Origin: a bacterium
GTDB lineage: Bacteria; Zixibacteria; MSB-5A5; GN15; FEB-12
Reading direction: 5' to 3'
Assembly (NCBI GenBank): GCA_043811375.1
Contig: JBDRNJ010000074.1
Location: forward strand, 32,001 to 96,000
DNA: 64,000 bases
The position numbers and the translations under genes are program-made. Each line of letters begins with the position of its first letter. Position 1 is the stretch's first letter. Below, piece after piece: positions 10,294 to 20,226 of the stretch. The notes under the pieces are model-generated. The model did not search any database. It saw only the letters and a list, made by a program, of their open reading frames with translations, and had not been told where the DNA came from.

Positions 10294-10461
10294 TTATACC
10301 TTTTCGGCCTCATCCGGCAACAGAACCGGGATATCGTCCACAATCCTGTAGGCCAGGCGACACGCCGGGCAGACAAGACGTTCCTCTTCTTCCTTATGGT
10401 CCAGCTTGCCTTTGCAAACCGGGCAGGCAAGTTTGCTCAGTAATTTTTCCGACAATACCAT
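10294..10461 (-). CDS. Trm112/YcaR family zinc-binding protein (55 aa, absent from the ORF track)
   Basis: Translated by hand: [63 protein letters not shown]; fills the accA-PTS gap. Confidence 0.92.
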   Translation of the reverse strand: MVLSEKLLSKLACPVCKGKLDHKEEEERLVCPACRLAYRIVDDIPVLLPDEAEKV

Positions 10462-10472
10462 CCGTATTCTCC

Positions 10473-11432
10473 CTATCGGTCTTCAAACTCTCCTATGGCT
10501 CGATATTTCGCAACTCGATCCGCCAGTAGTTCATCTGTCGGCTTCGCCAGCAGTTCCTTCAACGTCGCTAGAATCTCTCTCTTTACCGTCTGCGCCGCCG
10601 CTTTCGGATCGTTGTGCGCCCCGTGCTGTGGTTCCTCTATCACCTGATCGACAATACCCAGCTTGACCAGATCGCCGGCAGTTGGTCTCAACGCCTCCGC
10701 CGCTTCCGGCGCCTTGGCGGCATCGCGCCACAGAATCGCCGCGCAGCCTTCCGGAGAGATAACCGAATACCAGGCATGTTCCATAATCATCACCCGATCA
10801 CCCAATCCGATACCCAGCGCACCGCCGGAGGCACCTTCGCCGATAATGACGATAACGATCGGCACCCGGATACGCGCCATCTCCCGGATATTAAACGCAA
10901 TCGCCTCCGCCTGGCCCCGCTCCTCGGCTCCTATACCGGGATAGGCTCCCGGCGTATCAATCAGCACCACAATCGGCACCTCGAACTTCTCCGCCAGCCG
11001 AAACAGACGCAACGCCTTGCGGTAACCTTCCGGGTGCATCATGCCGAAATTGCGGCGCAGGTTCTCCTTGGTATCGCGTCCCTTCTGCTGTCCGATAATC
11101 ATCACCGGCTGATCGTCAAGGTAGGCAAACCCGCCCACTACCGCCAGGTCATCGGCAAATCCCCGGTCGCCGTGCAATTCAACAAAGTCGGTGGTCATTT
11201 CCCGGATATAATCGAGCGTATACGGCCGCTTGGGATGACGGGCAATCTGTACCTGCTGCCATCGGCTCAGGTTGGAGTAGATTTCCTTCCGCAGCTTCTG
11301 GAGCTTCTTTTCCAGCGACTCAATCTCGCCGCTCAACTCGACATTCTCCCCGACTGAGAAATCCCTCATATCGGAGATTTTCTTCTCCAACTCGATAATT
11401 GGCTTTTCAAACTCCAGGTACGGTCTGTCCAT
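10473..11432 (-). CDS. accA: Acetyl-CoA carboxylase carboxyltransferase alpha subunit
   Basis: [38 protein letters not shown] and [13 protein letters not shown] at 11432 preferred over TTG at 11453. Confidence 0.98.
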   Translation of the reverse strand: MDRPYLEFEKPIIELEKKISDMRDFSVGENVELSGEIESLEKKLQKLRKEIYSNLSRWQQVQIARHPKRPYTLDYIREMTTDFVELHGDRGFADDLAVVGGFAYLDDQPVMIIGQQKGRDTKENLRRNFGMMHPEGYRKALRLFRLAEKFEVPIVVLIDTPGAYPGIGAEERGQAEAIAFNIREMARIRVPIVIVIIGEGASGGALGIGLGDRVMIMEHAWYSVISPEGCAAILWRDAAKAPEAAEALRPTAGDLVKLGIVDQVIEEPQHGAHNDPKAAAQTVKREILATLKELLAKPTDELLADRVAKYRAIGEFEDR

Positions 11433-11596
11433 CGCGGGACCTGTCTGCCTCAATTAGTAATAGGCTGCCTCAGCGGTTATTCGGGCATACTCCTGCCCGC
11501 CCCCGAAGCGAGATCAATAATAACGCATTAGCTGAAAATGACAACCAAAAAGTGTGAGTGAAAAGCCTCGGCGGAGCAGGCGGCTAAAGTCCCCTC

Positions 11597-13953
11597 TCAG
11601 TAGGGATCAACGCAACCCATGAGCGGTTCCGATCCGCCTTGGAACAGGAACGCCGTCAAGTAAGTGAGATCGCCCACATCAATGCTACAGTTAGCATCAA
11701 GATCGGCTCTCGAGGGCGGCTCAGGTTCGGGGCAACCCTGAAACAGACAGCAAACAAGATACGTAAGATCTCCCACATCTACTAGCCCGTTGCCGTCTAC
11801 GTCACCGGCTTTGAAGATGACAATGTTGTGCGCCGCCATCAGGTTGAAAAAAAGTGTCGTTCACCGGATAACCCAAGTATTGCCAACCTTGTATAAACTC
11901 ATAGATCGTCCAACAGTGATCATGGTTCGGGTCTCCCGGGTCGGGGTCGTAATTAGTGAGCACATCCCAAATGCTCTCCATCCCCACCCACCACTCTCCA
12001 TTATCGCTGTCATTATTGTGCCCCCACAGGGTGGAGCCTTGGTAATAATTGCTGTCATCCAGCGCGTCGTAGAGGTCCCACAATGCAACGGTCACAGCAC
12101 CCGGTATTGTAGCACCCTCGTACTGAGGAGCCGACCACGGGGGTTTAAGTGGATCGACCTCGCTGGGGTTGTTATAGTATGGGGCGTCGGGAATGGGCGA
12201 CTCATAGTCTCTTACAAGCCAGAGGGCGGAGTCCCACGTGGAATTAATAAAGATTCGTTCGTTCAGTACAACGCCGGAGAAGAGGTTTGCCCCACCCTCA
12301 TTCCAAGCCAAATGGAGGTTATTCTTGCCTTCTTGTGCAAATAGGTAATTCCACAGCCCCCCCTGCTTCTGGAATCTGCTCCATGTAGTAACGAGTCATA
12401 TGATGGGCATACTCGTGACAGAGAACTGCTAAGTCCCATTCATCCCAATTATAGTTTGGCTCATTGGCCCGACTCGCTATGTAGAAGCCGGGAACCCCAT
12501 CCCACAGAAAAGAACCGTAACCGCTGGTTTGCTTGGTACCATCTTGGTCATCCCAGATCGTGCCCGTGAAAGGCGGAAGCCCGGATTCACCCAAATCAAT
12601 TGAAATCAGATCCTGTGACTCGCTGAAATAGTCCAATATGCTGAAGGCACCTGATTTCCACAAGTCTGTTATACGCAAATACTCATCCGGTATGTATACA
12701 TCACCATGCTCAGGATTATATATTTGCACTCCGTGTCGGTACACCCAAAATAACGCGTCATCGGGAGAGAACTCGTGATCATCAGCATATACCACATCGG
12801 TTAGAGCGTTCTCGGAGATTAGGAATATCCGCACCCAATCCGAATTCATCGAGAAGGCAATGTGACCCGTTCCGTCGGTCACGTCGCTGCCTATCCAATC
12901 CCACACTTCACCGTCGTCCGATGTGTCGATATAAAACACAATGTGTCTCTGAGGATAATCGTTTGAGTACAGATCTCTATATGTAGGGTCACCTTCTATC
13001 CAATACCAATCCCCCTTTCTGATCAGCAGTACCCTCTCGATACTCCCGGCGGAGACCCGAAAGAAAGCACTGTCTGCCTCAAGCTCAAACGCACCCTGCT
13101 TATGGTCGGTCCTCTTGAATGTTGCCCGCCCCTGAAGCAACTCGACATCAACCAGGTCAACCGAAGAGTCAGTCACAAACACATACTCTCTGCCTTCGTC
13201 GTACGTAATCCTGATGGTGTCAAGTACCGATGAATCCAGCTTGATCGGCAGGACAGTTTTCCTGATCAGTTGCCGCCTTGCGTCCTCCCTGGTTCTTTTC
13301 TTGTCCTTCGTCTTATTTGGGATTTGACTATCTGTATCCCACGTGATACCCGGCGTCCTTGCGAACTCGGACGGTTGAGACACAATTACCGAGTCTAACT
13401 CTATCAATCCAGTATCGGTGACTTGGAGAACTGGTATTTTCTGAAAACCACGTTTTTGCTCTTCCGGTCGGAAGTCAATTGCGGTGCTACCTGTTCCTGC
13501 AACACACTTGATGGCCGTCAATTCTTGCCCTTCTGGGGCGGCCGGCCGTGGTACAGCATCTATCACCTCCATGGCAACTACCTTACCCCAGAAACGAAAG
13601 CGGGTTTCCATTTGCATTGAATACCTCGCCCTGAGTGAGTATGTGTTTCCCTTCTCCAGAAGACCTGTCCATACTGTATCGCCGCCCAGAAAAGTAACGC
13701 CATTCTCGGATCTGAGAAAAGCCTCATCCGGCACACCGCGAGTATGATAGCAATCCACCAGCGGTGCAAATGTGAAGACAACCTCAAACGGCTCTCCCGG
13801 TTTCGGTTCTCCGATGATCTCAACATTGCATTCTGCTTTGAATTCCGGATACTTGGTCTCGACCGTGGCGTAAATAGAAGTGGAGAAGATAGTTGCGCCT
13901 ACATACAGGGTGAGTGCCAACGCCACTGTCCTGGCACATCCTCTGGCTTCCAT
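11597..13953 (-). pseudogene. Secreted gluzincin-type metalloprotease with C-terminal dockerin-like domain, split into three ORFs by two +1 frameshifts
   Basis: ORFs 12319-13953 (signal peptide, HEYAH), 11802-12311 (AWNEG) and 11597-11839 (dockerin repeats) join into one 784-aa frame if one base is removed from each of G7 (12357-12363) and T7 (11847-11853) on the coding strand. Confidence 0.8.
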
Positions 13954-14145
13954 AGAAACACCTCCCGACTCATGTTTTTAACAAGAATAGCACTATCGAT
14001 ATTTATACCCAAACTCATTGATACGGTCCCGAGCTTCAGCCACCCGCCAGCATTACAATAACGTGCAATCGGCCTGTTTATCAAGCCAAACCAGGTTCTT
14101 TCCGTGGCTGTTACCAGTGAATTGAGTCGCTGAGCCGGCAGTCCC

Positions 14146-15009
14146 CTACCGCCGGTTGGCCGGCTGGGAGACGGGCAGGAGCGAGACCAGGATGAAATTG
14201 ACCGCCAGTACCAGCGGCAGCAGTGTGTAGGTCATCAAACTGCGGCGATATTTGCGGAAATACTTCCAAACCGCCCAGTGATGATAACAGTTGCGGCGCA
14301 GTTTGCCGACATTGCTGCCGCGCCCCCACAGGTGCACCGCCCCCGCCGACGGCACGAAGTAGTTGGTGTGCCCCAGCGCGCTCAAACGGAGACAGAGATC
14401 GACGTCCTCCATAAACATGAAGAACCGCCGGTCGAAACCACCCACCTTTTCAAACAGTTCCCTGCGGATCATCATCATCGTGCCCGCCGACGCTTCCACC
14501 GCCGTGGTATCGGGGTAGTCCGGCAGCGTGTAGTGGCTGCCGTTGCGCAGCAGCCGCGAAAAAATCGACCCGCGTGAAAACAGCATATTGTCCAGGCGGG
14601 GTAACTTGCGGCAGGTAGCCTGAAAGGAACCATCGGGGAACCGCATCCGTCCGGACACCACGCCGACGTCGTCGCGGTTTTTGATAGCCGCCACCAGTTG
14701 CTCGATGGCGTCGTTGTCGATGGTGGCATCGGGGTTAAGAAACATCAGGTACTCACCGGTGGCTACACGGGCGCCCTCGTTGCAGGCTGCGGCAAAACCG
14801 ACATTGCGGCGGTTGGCCACCACCCGGGCCTGCGGAAAATGTTCGCGCACGGCCTGTTGGGAACTGTCCGAGGAAGCGTTGTCAACACCGATAATCTCGT
14901 GGCCGTTGCCGTTTAGACAAGCTTTGAGACCCGACAGGCACTCATCCAGCGCCGGTCGCGAGTTATGTGTCACGATAATGACTGAAACTTTGTTCTCTGT
15001 TGCCCGCAT
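14146..15009 (-). CDS. GT2 glycosyltransferase (WbbL-like)
   Basis: VIIVTHNS, VDNASSD, NVGFAAACNEG, FLNPD and FFMFMEDVDLC. Confidence 0.9.
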   Translation of the reverse strand: MRATENKVSVIIVTHNSRPALDECLSGLKACLNGNGHEIIGVDNASSDSSQQAVREHFPQARVVANRRNVGFAAACNEGARVATGEYLMFLNPDATIDNDAIEQLVAAIKNRDDVGVVSGRMRFPDGSFQATCRKLPRLDNMLFSRGSIFSRLLRNGSHYTLPDYPDTTAVEASAGTMMMIRRELFEKVGGFDRRFFMFMEDVDLCLRLSALGHTNYFVPSAGAVHLWGRGSNVGKLRRNCYHHWAVWKYFRKYRRSLMTYTLLPLVLAVNFILVSLLPVSQPANRR

Positions 15010-15018
15010 GAACGAACC

Positions 15019-15747
15019 TTAACCAAGCTTCCCGAATATCGATTTCAATCGCAGCCACCAGACCATCCAGATCGCTTCCCGTACGATCTTTTTGGACATC
15101 TTCGATTCCCCCGCCCGGCGATCATAGAAAATGATCGGCATCTCCTTGATGCTGAAGCCCTTCTTCCAGACCCGCATCGACATCTCTATCTGAAAAGAAT
15201 ATCCCGTTGAGTGCACGTCGTCAAGGTCAATTTTCTCCAGCACCTCGCGGCGAAAACACTTGAATCCACCGGTAGCATCTCTAAGCGGCAGTCCGCTGAT
15301 CAAGCGCGTATAAACGTTGGCAAAATATGAAAGCAGCAGACGCGACATCGGCCAGTTAATCACGTTGACACCGGATATATAGCGCGAACCGATTACCAGA
15401 TCGTACTCTTTGATTTCCGTCAGGAAATTCTTGATATACTCCGGCCCGTGCGAAAAATCGGCATCCATCTCAAAGATGTAGTCAAACTTCCGTTCCAGTG
15501 CCCACCGGAATCCGGCCAGGTAGGCCTGCCCCAGCCCTTCCTTTTTTTTTCGATGCAGCACGTTGACCTTGGTTTCATGCTGACATAAACGGTCGGCGAT
15601 TTCGCCGGTGCCGTCGGGTGAGTTGTCATCGACAATAAGCACGTTAATCCGGGGATCCATCGGCAGGACGGCGTGCACGATGTTTTCGATATTCTCCCGC
15701 TCATTGTAGGTTGGGAAAATTATCAGGGCGCGTTGTGTGTGCTGCAT
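15019..15747 (-). CDS. Polyprenol monophosphomannose synthase (Ppm1/DPM1-like)
   Basis: PTYNERENI, VDDNSPDGTG, EMDADFSH, DATGGFKCFRR, GYSFQIEM and RRAGESKMS. Confidence 0.92.
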   Translation of the reverse strand: MQHTQRALIIFPTYNERENIENIVHAVLPMDPRINVLIVDDNSPDGTGEIADRLCQHETKVNVLHRKKKEGLGQAYLAGFRWALERKFDYIFEMDADFSHGPEYIKNFLTEIKEYDLVIGSRYISGVNVINWPMSRLLLSYFANVYTRLISGLPLRDATGGFKCFRREVLEKIDLDDVHSTGYSFQIEMSMRVWKKGFSIKEMPIIFYDRRAGESKMSKKIVREAIWMVWWLRLKSIFGKLG

Positions 15748-18185
15748 CAGTTCTTGCCATCCTCCGGTTTCCGGTGCGATTTTGATCGCACCAGGTAAAC
15801 TCCAATTATAACCAGCAGATACAGCAACGTCAACCCCGTCACCAGCCGACCGGTCTTATAACGCTGCGAATCATATTTAAACAGCACCTGCCGGCTGCCG
15901 GCCGGAACCGCCACCGCCCGAAACGAACCGTAGGCCCGCAGTAACTGAGCCGGGGCGCCGTCAATCATTATCTGCCAGGCATCGTAGTAGTTGTCCATCA
16001 GCACAAGTATTTGATTGCGCGAACAGGCAAGGCCGACAACCACCGAATCTATGGCGTAATCCACTATCCAGGCGGAGTCGGAAACGTCGGAAAGGCTGTC
16101 TTTAACAATACTAATCCCCGGTTCCTGCTCCAGACAAACAACTCGTCGCAAGTCCAGACCACCTCTGACCACTTCGTCCACCATCTCCCCACGATCGGCA
16201 AAGACACGGTACTCATCAGCCAGAAAAGCGCGAGGAAAAGCATTTTCGTTTTCAATGATCTGCATCGATCCAAAATCAGCCGCTACCGCCAGCGGGATTC
16301 TTCCTAAAGCATTGGGCGGAACCTGCTGATTGGACGGGATCACCAGGTACCGGGCACCGACTAGATTTAAAAACCGGGGGTTGCTTTCGCCGGGAGCTCC
16401 CGGCCCACCCAGTAGATCGTCGTACCAGCGCAACTGGTTACCGTGATAGCCGGTTACCAGTTGCACCCCGTGAAACGGCAGCGTCTGCATCTGAGACATT
16501 ACCCGGTACTGCCCCGGTTGCTGTTGGAAGAACTCCGATACCGGATTGGGCGCCCACATCTGGTCCTGATCGAAAGTGTCGATAAAACGCGAATTAAAAC
16601 GCACTCCGTCCAGAACCGGCAACGCCGTCAATCCCACCAGCAGCACCATACCCGCTTTCCGATTTATATACAACCATATCAGCAGCGCCGCCCCGGCCGT
16701 AAACAGGAATGCCAGCCAGGCGCCGGACTGAATCGCCGGCAGATTCCGGTAGGCCACATCCAGCCGGGTGACACCCTGCTGGATATATGTGGTTGCTGCC
16801 TGACTATGGAATATCGACGCCCATACCGAGAGTATCGAGCGACCGGCCGCTCCGAACAGCAGGGCCAGTACCAGCATCGCCGCCGGCCAGCCCCACAGCA
16901 AATAACGAAAACGCTTGCCGCCAATCGAGCCGGACTCGGCCCGGGCATCGATAAGTCGCTGCACAGCCATCCCGGCCAGCATGGCCACTGAAAAACTGAA
17001 CAAAAACATGATCATCGACGGCGCCCGCAATGCCTTCACTTTGGGAATCAGAAAATAGAATATCTGAAATATCGGTGTCGTCCCGCCCAGTGCGTACAGC
17101 AGGGCGAACAGCGCCAGCCCGCCCATAAACCAGCGCTCCCGGCGGCGTGAAATCAACAGTCCCAGCAGTCCCACAAAAAATGTCGCCACCCCCACCGACT
17201 CGGAGTTGTCCTTAAACGAGTTCTTGCCCCAGTAGTAGGTTCGCGTGTTTTTGGAGGAAGTTCCCGAGAACTCGGGAATCACCAGTGAGACAGCTTCCTC
17301 CGCGTGCATTGACCACGAGGTCGCCCAGTCCCACCCCTTCTTGGTGTCAGCCCGCGGCGAAAAGTCGCTGGTATATATGTAACCGGGATAAAACTGGATA
17401 GCCGAGATCAGCAGGCCGATCACCACCGCGTAAGCTGTCAGTATTACCGGACGGACCATCGGAAGAACCTGCTTCCTCTCCCGGTAAAGCAGGTACATGC
17501 GGTACAGCGTATACAACGCCACCGCCCACAGTGTGAAATACGACATCTGCGGGTGGGGTGAGACAATTACAACTCCCAGCACCAGTCCCAGCAGCGAGGC
17601 ATTCAGAAAAGCCCGGCGCTGGAACATGCGGTCGAGAAAAAGCATCACCAGTGGGAACAGGGCCGTCACATAAATCTTCCCGTCATGCCCCGGCGCCACC
17701 AGCGATACCAGGTAGCCGGCAAACATGTAACAAACAGCCGACATCAGCGAGGCCGTTTTCGACAGCCGGAACTGCCTCGCCGCCAGATACATGAACAGAC
17801 CGGCCAGAAAAATATGTAGAACCAGCGTCATTCCCAGCATGCGGTAGATCGACCCGAAGAACTTCAGCACCGACAGCGGATAGAAAATGTCGCCATGAAA
17901 CGCCTCCACATACGGCATTCCCGCGAAAATGTAGGGATTCCACTGCGGCACCGAGCCGTGCTCGTTGTAATAATCAACCAGAAAACTGCGGAAGAAAACC
18001 CCGGCCTGAATCGTATCCGAACCATAGAGCATCTGGTCGGAGAAGATGAAATCGCCAAACAGGACCACCAGGGCTACAAAAATAACTACAAATGCCACCG
18101 GCACGAACCAGCGTTTCTGTTCTGGATCCCAAGTTCGCTGAACCTTGCGGGCAACCTCGGTCTTTTTCTTTTTGCTTTTGGCCAA
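15747..18185 (-). CDS. YfhO-family multi-pass GT-C glycosyltransferase
   Basis: PQWNPYIFAGMP, many TM helices, AFPRAF and a C-terminal YYDAW..IDG...FRAVAVPAG YfhO-type motif. Confidence 0.85.
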   Translation of the reverse strand: MAKSKKKKTEVARKVQRTWDPEQKRWFVPVAFVVIFVALVVLFGDFIFSDQMLYGSDTIQAGVFFRSFLVDYYNEHGSVPQWNPYIFAGMPYVEAFHGDIFYPLSVLKFFGSIYRMLGMTLVLHIFLAGLFMYLAARQFRLSKTASLMSAVCYMFAGYLVSLVAPGHDGKIYVTALFPLVMLFLDRMFQRRAFLNASLLGLVLGVVIVSPHPQMSYFTLWAVALYTLYRMYLLYRERKQVLPMVRPVILTAYAVVIGLLISAIQFYPGYIYTSDFSPRADTKKGWDWATSWSMHAEEAVSLVIPEFSGTSSKNTRTYYWGKNSFKDNSESVGVATFFVGLLGLLISRRRERWFMGGLALFALLYALGGTTPIFQIFYFLIPKVKALRAPSMIMFLFSFSVAMLAGMAVQRLIDARAESGSIGGKRFRYLLWGWPAAMLVLALLFGAAGRSILSVWASIFHSQAATTYIQQGVTRLDVAYRNLPAIQSGAWLAFLFTAGAALLIWLYINRKAGMVLLVGLTALPVLDGVRFNSRFIDTFDQDQMWAPNPVSEFFQQQPGQYRVMSQMQTLPFHGVQLVTGYHGNQLRWYDDLLGGPGAPGESNPRFLNLVGARYLVIPSNQQVPPNALGRIPLAVAADFGSMQIIENENAFPRAFLADEYRVFADRGEMVDEVVRGGLDLRRVVCLEQEPGISIVKDSLSDVSDSAWIVDYAIDSVVVGLACSRNQILVLMDNYYDAWQIMIDGAPAQLLRAYGSFRAVAVPAGSRQVLFKYDSQRYKTGRLVTGLTLLYLLVIIGVYLVRSKSHRKPEDGKN

Positions 18186-18201
18186 CAGACTCTCCCAAAT
18201 T

Positions 18202-19128
18202 TTATTTGCGCACCATCAGGGCCAGCAACGCCGCCAGACTCTCAATCACCACCGCCCACAACCGGGCGCCGATCGCTACCGCCGGGGCTACCGGCCCCAG
18301 AAACGGCGTCAGCATCAGTCCCAGCACTAACTCCCGCGGGCCGAACCCGCCCGGTGCAAACAGCGCCAGGTACCCGATCTGGTAGGCGGCGTTAAACACA
18401 CCAATCGCTGCTATCAGGTGCAGGGCCGGATTACCACCCACACCACGGACAAACAACCAGAACGCCAGCCCGTAGCAACTCCATGCCAGACAATAGGCAA
18501 CCAGAATACCCAGAGCAACTTTTTTATCCAGCGCCAGTTCGGCCGGCGGCCGCTTTAACTTCCGCAGAATGATATTGCCGATAGCCAGCACCCACTGCGG
18601 CCGGACCACGATTACCAGCGCCGCCGCCAGCATTACCGCTGCAATGATATACGCCGACTGATCCCCCAGGATCGCCACCTGGTCGACCAGCACTTTCGGC
18701 TCCAGTAATACCGCCGCCACAAACACCAGAAACGATGCCGGTATAGCATACAACTGCACCAGCACAAACGAGGCACCGGCTCGTTCCGGTGGAATCCCCT
18801 CTTTTTGCGCCAGATAAAGTATACCCAGCAGCGGCCAAATCTTGCCCGGAATATAGCGCCCCAAATCAGACAGGTAAAAGATACGAAACGCTTTGGTGTG
18901 CGTCAGTTCGTGCCCGAACCCCTTAATAATCCGCCGCCAGATAGTCGCCAGCAGAAAAAAGGTGGCTATTCCAACCACCACCGAAAGCGCCAGCCAGCCC
19001 CAGTGCAGTTGCCACTCATACGCCCTTATCTCCTGCCAGCGCAAAGCAACCTGCCGGTAGAGGAAATACAGAACAACTGCGGTGAGACCGATTTTGAGAA
19101 CTGAAGAGACGATCTTTTTGCTGGTCAT
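18202..19128 (-). CDS. Flippase-like membrane protein (UPF0104/LPG synthase TM domain)
   Basis: SDLGRYIPGKIW and APGGFGPRE motifs; polytopic. Confidence 0.85.
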   Translation of the reverse strand: MTSKKIVSSVLKIGLTAVVLYFLYRQVALRWQEIRAYEWQLHWGWLALSVVVGIATFFLLATIWRRIIKGFGHELTHTKAFRIFYLSDLGRYIPGKIWPLLGILYLAQKEGIPPERAGASFVLVQLYAIPASFLVFVAAVLLEPKVLVDQVAILGDQSAYIIAAVMLAAALVIVVRPQWVLAIGNIILRKLKRPPAELALDKKVALGILVAYCLAWSCYGLAFWLFVRGVGGNPALHLIAAIGVFNAAYQIGYLALFAPGGFGPRELVLGLMLTPFLGPVAPAVAIGARLWAVVIESLAALLALMVRK

Positions 19129-19233
19129 GGCTGCCGATGGTCACGCCTTTCCTGAAATCAGCATCCCCGAACACTGTACAATCCAGCCAATTGCTGACAA
19201 ATATGCCGGATGATTTCCGAACACCTTACCGGT

Positions 19234-20226
19234 TCAGTCCTTCGATGGTGCGCCATCTTTCCGGCCCAGCGTTTTCTGCAGCTTCTTGCGCATGTCGCCA
19301 ATCTCCTCGCGCAGTGCCGTCAGGCCTTCGGCCATGAAGCCCATCATAAACAGCCCCATACCGATTCCCATCAGCAAAATCACCAGGTACAAAAGCGGTC
19401 GGTAACCTTCGCCGATCATGAAGCGCAGATAAACCGCCACCAGACCAATAAGCAGACCGAGCAGAAAGCAAAACAACCCGGTGCCGCCAAAAAACAGCAG
19501 CGGCTTGCGCAAGAACGTAATCTGAAACTTGACCGCCAACATATCCAGCATGCCGATAATGATCCGCTTGAGACCGTAGAACTTCGAGTCGCCCCAGGCG
19601 CGGTCGTACAATGGCACCTTCACTTCTTCAACCCGGTACCCCTCGTCGACCGCCAGCACTACCAGGTAGCGGTGCCAGTCGCGGCGCATGAAAATGGTCT
19701 CCACCACTTCCCGGCGAAAAGCCTTGACCGAGTTAAGATCGTGCACATTCAGTTTGAATATCCGGCGTGAAAGCCAGTTGTAGATACCGGAGACAAACCG
19801 CTTTTCATACTTGCCCTGTTTCCAGCCGGCACAGAGATCGGCACCGTCCAGAACCGGCTGCACCAGCGTGGGAATATCCTCGGGCAGATACTGAAGATCG
19901 GCCGGGTAGAATACAAAAATATCCCCCGCTGCTATCGCAAATCCGGTCTGCAGCGCTTCCGTCAGGCCCCGGTTGCGCTGATGAGTGGCGTACCTGACGA
20001 AATCATACTTTTGGGCGGCATCTTTGATCTTCTCTATGGTGCCGTCGGTGGAACCATCGTCGACAAAGACCAACTCCGCATCAAAGGTGGCCGTCTTCCG
20101 CATCTCGGCGTACAGGCGACACAACTCCTCGATATTCCCCGCCTCATTGAGAGCGGGAATCACGGTTGAGACCAGCACTCGGTTGTTGCCGTCGCCGGTG
20201 GGATTGTCAACTTCCGTCAGTTTCAA
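19234..20226 (-). CDS. Polyprenyl-phosphate glycosyltransferase (ArnC/GtrB-like GT2)
   Basis: VIPALNE, VDDGSTDGT, ADLQ, KAFRREV and HRYL motifs; two C-terminal TM helices. Confidence 0.88.
   Translation of the reverse strand: MKLTEVDNPTGDGNNRVLVSTVIPALNEAGNIEELCRLYAEMRKTATFDAELVFVDDGSTDGTIEKIKDAAQKYDFVRYATHQRNRGLTEALQTGFAIAAGDIFVFYPADLQYLPEDIPTLVQPVLDGADLCAGWKQGKYEKRFVSGIYNWLSRRIFKLNVHDLNSVKAFRREVVETIFMRRDWHRYLVVLAVDEGYRVEEVKVPLYDRAWGDSKFYGLKRIIIGMLDMLAVKFQITFLRKPLLFFGGTGLFCFLLGLLIGLVAVYLRFMIGEGYRPLLYLVILLMGIGMGLFMMGFMAEGLTALREEIGDMRKKLQKTLGRKDGAPSKD

Noticed and set aside
10203..10430. 75-aa ORF in the accA-PTS gap
   Set aside because: Wrong frame; the real gene is the Trm112 ORF at 10294-10461
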